A stretch of DNA of 64,000 bases from Eledone cirrhosa (Eukaryota): NCBI GenBank assembly GCA_964016885.1, contig OZ024740.1, positions 137,206,001 to 137,270,000 of the forward strand, in the 5' to 3' direction. Made by a program: the position numbers and the translations under genes. Of the stretch, positions 51,371-61,681 are shown piece by piece; position 1 is the first letter of the stretch; each line of letters begins with the position of its first letter. The notes below the pieces were generated by a model that saw nothing but the letters and a program-made list of their open reading frames with translations, was not told the DNA's origin and ran no database searches.

Positions 51371-54300
51371 TGTTCTCACTTTTCTCTCAATCTCCAATTC
51401 TCTCTTTCTCTTATCACTTTTCTCTCAATCTCCAATTCTCTCTTTCTCTTATCACTTTTCTCTCAATCTCCAATTCTCTCTTTCTCTTATCAGTTTTCTC
51501 TCAATCTGCAATTCTCTCTTTCTCTTATCACTTTTCTCTCAATCTCCAATTCTCTCTTTCTCTTCTCACTTTTCCCCTAATCTCCAAATCTCTCTTTCTC
51601 TTATCACTTTTCTCTCAATCTCCCATTCTCTCTCTCTCTTATCACTTTTCTCTCAATCTCCAATTCTCTCTTTCTCTTATCCATTTTCTCTCAATCTGCA
51701 ATTCTCTCTTTCTTTTCTCACTTTTCCCCCAATCTCCAATTCTCTCTTTCTCTTCACACTTTTCCCCCAATCTCCAATTCTCTCATTCTCTTCTCACTTT
51801 TCTCTCAATCTCCAATCCTCTCTTTCTGTTCTCACTTTTCTCTCAATCTCCAATTCTCTCTTTCTCTTATCACTTTTCTCTCAATCTCCAATTCTCTCTT
51901 TCTCTTATCACTTTTCTCTCAATCTCCAATTCTCTCTTTCTCTTATCAGTTTTCTCTCAATCTGCAATTCTCTCTTTCTCTTATCACTTTTCTCTCAATC
52001 TCCAATTCTCTCTTTCTCTTCTCACTTTTCCCCTAATCTCCAAATCTCTCTTTCTCTTATCACTTTTCTCTCAATCTCCAATTCTCTCTTTCTCTTATCA
52101 CTTTTCTCTCAATCTCCAATTCTCTCTTTCTCTCATCCATTTTCTCTCAATCTGCAATTCTCTCTTTCTTTTCTCACTTTTCCCCCAATCTCCAATTCTC
52201 TCTTTCTCTTCACACTTTTCCCCTAATCTCCAATTCTCTCATTCTCTTCACACTTTTCCCCCAATCTCCAATTCTCTCTTTCTCTTCTCACTTTTCTCTC
52301 AATCTCCAATCCTCTCTTTCTGTTCTCAGTTTTCCCCCAATCTCCAATTCTCTATTTCTCTTAGCACTTTTCTCTCAATCCCCCATTCTCTCTCTCTCTT
52401 ATCACTTTTCTCTCAATCTCCAATTCTCTCTTTCTCTTCTCACTTTTCTCTCAATCTCCAATTCTCTCTTTCTCTTCTCACTTTTCTCTCAATCTCCAAT
52501 TCTCTCTTTCTCTTATCACTTTTCTCTCAATCTCCAATTCTCACTTTCTCTTATCACTTTTCTCTCAATCTCCAATTCTCTCTTTCTCTTATCAGTTTTC
52601 TCTCAATCTGCAATTCTCTCTTTCTCTTATCACTTTTCTCTCAATCTCCAATTCTCTCTTTCTCTTCTCACTTTTCCCCTAATTCTAATTCTCTCTTTCT
52701 CTTATCACTTTTCTCTCAATCTCCAATCCTCTCTTTCTGTTCTCAGTTTTCCCCAAATCTCCAATTCTCTCCTTCTCTTATCACTTTTCTCTCAATCTCC
52801 CATTTTCTCTCTCTCTTATCACTTTTCTCTCAATCTCCAATTCTCTCTTTCTCTTATCCATTTTCTCTCAATCTGCAATTCTCTCTTTCTTTTCTCACTT
52901 TTCCCCCAATCTCCAATTCTCTCTTTCTCTTCACACTTTTCCCCCAATCTCCAATTCTCTCATTCTCTTCTCACTTTTCTCTCAATCTCCAATCCTCTCT
53001 TTCTGTTCTCACTTTTCTCTCAATCTCCAATTCTCTCTTTCTCTTATCACTTTTCTCTCAATCTCCAATTCTCTCTTTCTCTTATCACTTTTCTCTCAAT
53101 CTCCAATTCTCTCTTTCTCTTATCAGTTTTCTCTCAATCTGCAATTCTCTCTTTCTCTTATCACTTTTCTCTCAATCTCCAATTCTCTCTTTCTCTTCTC
53201 ACTTTTCCCCTAATCTCCAAATCTCTCTTTCTCTTATCACTTTTCTCTCAATCTCCCATTCTCTCTCTCTCTTATCACTTTTCTCTCAATCTCCAATTCT
53301 CTCTTTCTCTTATCCATTTTCTCTCAATCTGCAATTCTCTCTTTCTTTTCTCACTTTTCCCCCAATCTCCAATTCTCTCTTTCTCTTCACACTTTTCCCC
53401 CAATCTCCAATTCTCTCATTCTCTTCTCACTTTTCTCTCAATCTCCAATCCTCTCTTTCTGTTCTCACTTTTCTCTCAATCTCCAATTCTCTCTTTCTCT
53501 TATCACTTTTCTCTCAATCTCCAATTCTCTCTTTCTCTTATCACTTTTCTCTCAATCTCCAATTCTCTCTTTCTCTTATCAGTTTTCTCTCAATCTGCAA
53601 TTCTCTCTTTCTCTTATCACTTTTCTCTCAATCTCCAATTCTCTCTTTCTCTTCTCACTTTTCCCCTAATCTCCAAATCTCTCTTTCTCTTATCACTTTT
53701 CTCTCAATCTCCAATTCTCTCTTTCTCTTATCACTTTTCTCTCAATCTCCAATTCTCTCTTTCTCTCATCCATTTTCTCTCAATCTGCAATTCTCTCTTT
53801 CTTTTCTCACTTTTCCCCCAATCTCCAATTCTCTCTTTCTCTTCACACTTTTCCCCTAATCTCCAATTCTCTCATTCTCTTCACACTTTTCCCCCAATCT
53901 CCAATTCTCTCTTTCTCTTCTCACTTTTCTCTCAATCTCCAATCCTCTCTTTCTGTTCTCAGTTTTCCCCCAATCTCCAATTCTCTATTTCTCTTAGCAC
54001 TTTTCTCTCAATCCCCCATTCTCTCTCTCTCTTATCACTTTTCTCTCAATCTCCAATTCTCTCTTTCTCTTCTCACTTTTCTCTCAATCTCCAATTCTCT
54101 CTTTCTCTTCTCACTTTTCTCTCAATCTCCAATTCTCTCTTTCTCTTATCACTTTTCTCTCAATCTCCAATTCTCTCTTTCTCTTATCACTTTTCTCTCA
54201 ATCTCCAATTCTCTCTTTCTCTTATCAGTTTTCTCTCAATCTGCAATTCTCTCTTTCTCTTATCACTTTTCTCTCAATCTCCAATTCTCTCTTTCTCTTC

Positions 54301-55520
54301 TCACTTTTCCCTTAATTCTAATTCTCTCTTTCTCTTATCACTTTTCTCTCAATCTCCAATCCTCTCTTTCTGTTCTCAGTTTTCCCCAAATCTCCAATTC
54401 TCTCCTTCTCTTATCACTTTTCTCTCAATCTCCCATTTTCTCTCTCTCTTATCACTTTTCTCTCAATCTCCAATTCTCTCTTTCTCTTATCCATTTTCTC
54501 TCAATCTGCAATTCTCTCTTTCTTTTCTCACTTTTCCCCCAATCTCCAATTCTCTCTTTCTCTTCACACTTTTCCTCCAATCTCCAATTCTCTCATTCTC
54601 TTCTCACTTTTCTCTCAATCTCCAATCCTCTCTTTCTGTTCTCACTTTTCTCTCAATCTCCAATTCTCTCTTTCTCTTATCACTTTTCTCTCAATCTCCA
54701 ATTCTCTCTTTCTCTTATCACTTTTCTCTCAATCTCCAATTCTCTCTTTCTCTTATCAGTTTTCTCTCAATCTGCAATTCTCTCTTTCTCTTATCACTTT
54801 TCTCTCAATCTCCAATTCTCTCTTTCTCTTCTCACTTTTCCCCTAATCTCCAAATCTCTCTTTCTCTTATCACTTTTCTCTCAATCTCCCATTCTCTCTC
54901 TCTCTTATCACTTTTCTCTCAATCTCCAATTCTCTCTTTCTCTTATCCATTTTCTCTCAATCTGCAATTCTCTCTTTCTTTTCTCACTTTTCCCCCAATC
55001 TCCAATTCTCTCTTTCTCTTCACACTTTTCCCCCAATCTCCAATTCTCTCATTCTCTTCTCACTTTTCTCTCAATCTCCAATCCTCTCTTTCTGTTCTCA
55101 CTTTTCTCTCAATCTCCAATTCTCTCTTTCTCTTATCACTTTTCTCTCAATCTCCAATTCTCTCTTTCTCTTATCACTTTTCTCTCAATCTCCAATTCTC
55201 TCTTTCTCTTATCAGTTTTCTCTCAATCTGCAATTCTCTCTTTCTCTTATCACTTTTCTCTCAATCTCCAATTCTCTCTTTCTCTTCTCACTTTTCCCCT
55301 AATCTCCAAATCTCTCTTTCTCTTATCACTTTTCTCTCAATATCCAATTCTCTCTTTCTCTTATCACTTTTCTCTCAATCTCCAATTCTCTCTTTCTCTC
55401 ATCCATTTTCTCTCAATCTGCAATTCTCTCTTTCTTTTCTCACTTTTCCCCCAATCTCCAATTCTCTCTTTCTCTTCACACTTTTCCCCTAATCTCCAAT
55501 TCTCTCATTCTCTTCACACT
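50990..55520. repeat. 1633-bp (43-monomer) higher-order repeat containing an internal 456-bp (12-monomer) doublet
   Basis: TAATTCTAATT at 51047/52680/54313 (offset 1633 = 43x38-1). CCCCTAATCTCCAAATC has its CAAATC at 51585/52041 (offset 456 = 12x38). Confidence 0.9.
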
Positions 55521-58500
55521 TTTCCCCCAATCTCCAATTCTCTCATTCTCTTCTCACTTTTCTCTCAATCTCCAATCCTCTCTTTCTGTTCTCACTTTTC
55601 TCTCAATCTCCAATTCTCTCTTTCTCTTATCACTTTTCTCTCAATCTCCAATTCTCTCTTTCTCTTATCACTTTTCTCTCAATCTCCAATTCTCTCTTTC
55701 TCTTATCAGTTTTCTCTCAATCTGCAATTCTCTCTTTCTCTTATCACTTTTCTCTCAATCTCCAATTCTCTCTTTCTCTTCTCACTTTTCCCCTAATCTC
55801 CAAATCTCTCTTTCTCTTATCACTTTTCTCTCAATCTCCCATTCTCTCTCTCTCTTATCACTTTTCTCTCAATCTCCAATTCTCTCTTTCTCTTATCCAT
55901 TTTCTCTCAATCTGCAATTCTCTCTTTCTTTTCTCACTTTTCCCCCAATCTCCAATTCTCTCTTTCTCTTCACACTTTTCCCCCAATCTCCAATTCTCTC
56001 ATTCTCTTCTCACTTTTCTCTCAATCTCCAATCCTCTCTTTCTGTTCTCACTTTTCTCTCAATCTCCAATTCTCTCTTTCTCTTATCACTTTTCTCTCAA
56101 TCTCCAATTCTGTCTTTCTCTTATCACTTTTCTCTCAATCTCCAATTCTCTCTTTCTCTTATCAGTTTTCTCTCAATCTGCAATTCTCTCTTTCTCTTAT
56201 CACTTTTCTCTCAATCTCCAATTCTCTCTTTCTCTTCTCACTTTTCCCCTAATCTCCAAATCTCTCTTTCTCTTATCACTTTTCTCTCAATCTCCAATTC
56301 TCTCTTTCTCTTATCACTTTTCTCTCAATCTCCAATTCTCTCTTTCTCTCATCCATTTTCTCTCAATCTGCAATTCTCTCTTTCTTTTCTCACTTTTCCC
56401 CCAATCTCCAATTCTCTCTTTCTCTTCACACTTTTCCCCTAATCTCCAATTCTCTCATTCTCTTCACACTTTTCCCCCAATCTCCAATTCTCTCTTTCTC
56501 TTCTCACTTTTCTCTCAATCTCCAATCCTCTCTTTCTGTTCTCAGTTTTCCCCCAATCTCCAATTCTCTATTTCTCTTAGCACTTTTCTCTCAATCCCCC
56601 ATTCTCTCTCTCTCTTATCACTTTTCTCTCAATCTCCAATTCTCTCTTTCTCTTCTCACTTTTCTCTCAATCTCATATTCTCTCTTTCTCTTCTCACTTT
56701 TCTCTCAATCTCCAATTCTCTCTTTCTCTTATCACTTTTCTCTCAATCTCCAATTCTCTCTTTCTCTTATCACTTTTCTCTCAATCTCCAATTCTCTCTT
56801 TCTCTTATCAGTTTTCTCTCAATCTGCAATTCTCTCTTTCTCTTATCACTTTTCTCTCAATCTCCAATTCTCTCTTTCTCTTCTCACTTTTCCCCTAATT
56901 CTAATTCTCTCTTTCTCTTATCACTTTTCTCTCAATCTCCAATCCTCTCTTTCTGTTCTCAGTTTTCCCCAAATCTCCAATTCTCTCCTTCTCTTATCAC
57001 TTTTCTCTCAATCTCCCATTTTCTCTCTCTCTTATCACTTTTCTCTCAATCTCCAATTCTCTCTTTCTCTTATCCATTTTCTCTCAATCTGCAATTCTCT
57101 CTTTCTTTTCTCACTTTTCCCCCAATCTCCAATTCTCTCTTTCTCTTCACACTTTTCCCCCAATCTCCAATTCTCTCATTCTCTTCTCACTTTTCTCTCA
57201 ATCTCCAATCCTCTCTTTCTGTTCTCACTTTTCTCTCAATTTCCAATTCTCTCTTTCTCTTATCACTTTTCTCTCAATCTCCAATTCTCTCTTTCTCTTA
57301 TCACTTTTCTCTCAATCTCCAATTCTCTCTTTCTCTTATCAGTTTTCTCTCAATCTGCAATTCTCTCTTTCTCTTATCACTTTTCTCTCAATCTCCAATT
57401 CTCTCTTTCTCTTCTCACTTTTCCCCTAATCTCCAAATCTCTCTTTCTCTTATCACTTTTCTCTCAATCTCCCATTCTCTCTCTCTCTTATCACTTTTCT
57501 CTCAATCTCCAATTCTCTCTTTCTCTTATCCATTTTCTCTCAATCTGCAATTCTCTCTTTCTTTTCTCACTTTTCCCCCAATCTCCAATTCTCTCTTTCT
57601 CTTCTCACTTTTCCCCCAATCTCCAATTCTCTCATTCTCTTCTCACTTTTCTCTCAATCTCCAATCCTCTCTTTCTGTTCTCACTTTTCTCTCAATCTCC
57701 AATTCTCTCTTTCTCTTATCACTTTTCTCTCAATCTCCAATTCTCTCTTTCTCTTATCACTTTTCTCTCAATCTCCAATTCTCTCTTTCTCTTATCAGTT
57801 TTCTCTCAATCTGCAATTCTCTCTTTCTCTTATCACTTTTCTCTCAATCTCCAATTCTCTCTTTCTCTTCTCACTTTTCCCCTAATCTCCAAATCTCTCT
57901 TTCTCTTATCACTTTTCTCTCAATCTCCAATTCTCTCTTTCTCTTATCACTTTTCTCTCAATCTCCAATTCTCTCTTTCTCTCATCCATTTTCTCTCAAT
58001 CTGCAATTCTCTCTTTCTTTTCTCACTTTTCCCCCAATCTCCAATTCTCTCTTTCTCTTCACACTTTTCCCCTAATCTCCAATTCTCTCATTCTCTTCAC
58101 ACTTTTCCCCCAATCTCCAATTCTCTCTTTCTCTTCTCACTTTTCTCTCAATCTCCAATCCTCTCTTTCTGTTCTCAGTTTTCCCCCAATCTCCAATTCT
58201 CTATTTCTCTTAGCACTTTTCTCTCAATCCCCCATTCTCTCTCTCTCTTATCACTTTTCTCTCAATCTCCAATTCTCTCTTTCTCTTCTCACTTTTCTCT
58301 CAATCTCCAATTCTCTCTTTCTCTTCTCACTTTTCTCTCAATCTCCAATTCTCTCTTTCTCTTATCACTTTTCTCTCAATCTCCAATTCTCTCTTTCTCT
58401 CATCACTTTTCTCTCAATCTCCAATTCTCTCTTTCTCTTATCAGTTTTCTCTCAATCTGCAATTCTCTCTTTCTCTTATCACTTTTCTCTCAATCTCCAA

Positions 58501-61500
58501 TTCTCTCTTTCTCTTCTCACTTTTCCCCTAATCTCCAATTCCCTCTTTCTCTTATCACTTTTCTCTCAATCTCCAATTCTCTCTTTCTCTTCACACTTTT
58601 CCCCTAATCTCCAATTCTCTCATTCTCTTCACACTTTTCCCCCAATCTCCAATTCTCTCATTCTCTTCTCACTTTTCTCTCAATCTCCAATCCTCTCTTT
58701 CTGTTCTCACTTTTCTCTCAATCTCCAATTCTCTCTTTCTCTTATCACTTTTCTCTCAATCTCCAATTCTCTCTTTCTCTTATCACTTTTCTCTCAATCT
58801 CCAATTCTCTCTTTCTCTTATCAGTTTTCTCTCAATCTGCAATTCTCTCTTTCTCTTATCACTTTTCTCTCAATCTCCAATTCTCTCTTTCTCTTCTCAC
58901 TTTTCCCCTAATCTCCAAATCTCTCTTTCTCTTATCACTTTTCTCTCAATCTCCCATTCTCTCTCTCTCTTATCACTTTTCTCTCAATCTCCAATTCTCT
59001 CTTTCTCTTATCCATTTTCTCTCAATCTGCAATTCTCTCTTTCTTTTCTCACTTTTCCCCCAATCTCCAATTCTCTCTTTCTCTTCACACTTTTCCCCCA
59101 ATCTCCAATTCTCTCATTCTCTTCTCACTTTTCTCTCAATCTCCAATCCTCTCTTTCTGTTCTCACTTTTCTCTCAATCTCCAATTCTCTCTTTCTCTTA
59201 TCACTTTTCTCTCAATCTCCAATTCTGTCTTTCTCTTATCACTTTTCTCTCAATCTCCAATTCTCTCTTTCTCTTATCAGTTTTCTCTCAATCTGCAATT
59301 CTCTCTTTCTCTTATCACTTTTCTCTCAATCTCCAATTCTCTCTTTCTCTTCTCACTTTTCCCCTAATCTCCAAATCTCTCTTTCTCTTATCACTTTTCT
59401 CTCAATCTCCAATTCTCTCTTTCTCTTATCACTTTTCTCTCAATCTCCAATTCTCTCTTTCTCTCATCCATTTTCTCTCAATCTGCAATTCTCTCTTTCT
59501 TTTCTCACTTTTCCCCCAATCTCCAATTCTCTCTTTCTCTTCACACTTTTCCCCTAATCTCCAATTCTCTCATTCTCTTCACACTTTTCCCCCAATCTCC
59601 AATTCTCTCTTTCTCTTCTCACTTTTCTCTCAATCTCCAATCCTCTCTTTCTGTTCTCAGTTTTCCCCCAATCTCCAATTCTCTATTTCTCTTAGCACTT
59701 TTCTCTCAATCCCCCATTCTCTCTCTCTCTTATCACTTTTCTCTCAATCTCCAATTCTCTCTTTCTCTTCTCACTTTTCTCTCAATCTCATATTCTCTCT
59801 TTCTCTTCTCACTTTTCTCTCAATCTCCAATTCTCTCTTTCTCTTATCACTTTTCTCTCAATCTCCAATTCTCTCTTTCTCTTATCACTTTTCTCTCAAT
59901 CTCCAATTCTCTCTTTCTCTTATCAGTTTTCTCTCAATCTGCAATTCTCTCTTTCTCTTATCACTTTTCTCTCAATCTCCAATTCTCTCTTTCTCTTCTC
60001 ACTTTTCCCCTAATTCTAATTCTCTCTTTCTCTTATCACTTTTCTCTCAATCTCCAATCCTCTCTTTCTGTTCTCAGTTTTCCCCAAATCTCCAATTCTC
60101 TCCTTCTCTTATCACTTTTCTCTCAATCTCCCATTTTCTCTCTCTCTTATCACTTTTCTCTCAATCTCCAATTCTCTCTTTCTCTTATCCATTTTCTCTC
60201 AATCTGCAATTCTCTCTTTCTTTTCTCACTTTTCCCCCAATCTCCAATTCTCTCTTTCTCTTCACACTTTTCCCCCAATCTCCAATTCTCTCATTCTCTT
60301 CTCACTTTTCTCTCAATCTCCAATCCTCTCTTTCTGTTCTCACTTTTCTCTCAATTTCCAATTCTCTCTTTCTCTTATCACTTTTCTCTCAATCTCCAAT
60401 TCTCTCTTTCTCTTATCACTTTTCTCTCAATCTCCAATTCTCTCTTTCTCTTATCAGTTTTCTCTCAATCTGCAATTCTCTCTTTCTCTTATCACTTTTC
60501 TCTCAATCTCCAATTCTCTCTTTCTCTTCTCACTTTTCCCCTAATCTCCAAATCTCTCTTTCTCTTATCACTTTTCTCTCAATCTCCCATTCTCTCTCTC
60601 TCTTATCACTTTTCTCTCAATCTCCAATTCTCTCTTTCTCTTATCCATTTTCTCTCAATCTGCAATTCTCTCTTTCTTTTCTCACTTTTCCCCCAATCTC
60701 CAATTCTCTCTTTCTCTTCTCACTTTTCCCCCAATCTCCAATTCTCTCATTCTCTTCTCACTTTTCTCTCAATCTCCAATCCTCTCTTTCTGTTCTCACT
60801 TTTCTCTCAATCTCCAATTCTCTCTTTCTCTTATCACTTTTCTCTCAATCTCCAATTCTCTCTTTCTCTTATCACTTTTCTCTCAATCTCCAATTCTCTC
60901 TTTCTCTTATCAGTTTTCTCTCAATCTGCAATTCTCTCTTTCTCTTATCACTTTTCTCTCAATCTCCAATTCTCTCTTTCTCTTCTCACTTTTCCCCTAA
61001 TCTCCAAATCTCTCTTTCTCTTATCACTTTTCTCTCAATCTCCAATTCTCTCTTTCTCTTATCACTTTTCTCTCAATCTCCAATTCTCTCTTTCTCTCAT
61101 CCATTTTCTCTCAATCTGCAATTCTCTCTTTCTTTTCTCACTTTTCCCCCAATCTCCAATTCTCTCTTTCTCTTCACACTTTTCCCCTAATCTCCAATTC
61201 TCTCATTCTCTTCACACTTTTCCCCCAATCTCCAATTCTCTCTTTCTCTTCTCACTTTTCTCTCAATCTCCAATCCTCTCTTTCTGTTCTCAGTTTTCCC
61301 CCAATCTCCAATTCTCTATTTCTCTTAGCACTTTTCTCTCAATCCCCCATTCTCTCTCTCTCTTATCACTTTTCTCTCAATCTCCAATTCTCTCTTTCTC
61401 TTCTCACTTTTCTCTCAATCTCCAATTCTCTCTTTCTCTTCTCACTTTTCTCTCAATCTCCAATTCTCTCTTTCTCTTATCACTTTTCTCTCAATCTCCA

Positions 61501-61681
61501 ATTCTCTCTTTCTCTCATCACTTTTCTCTCAATCTCCAATTCTCTCTTTCTCTTATCAGTTTTCTCTCAATCTGCAATTCTCTCTTTCTCTTATCACTTT
61601 TCTCTCAATCTCCAATTCTCTCTTTCTCTTCTCACTTTTCCCCTAATCTCCAATTCCCTCTTTCTCTTATCACTTTTCTCT
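55452..61681. repeat. 3115-bp (82-monomer) tandem duplication built from two modified 43-mer units
   Basis: TGTCT 56111/59226, TCTCATATTC 56671/59786, TAATTCTAAT 56896/60011 and AATTTCC 57238/60353 are all offset by 3115 = 82x38-1. Confidence 0.92.
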
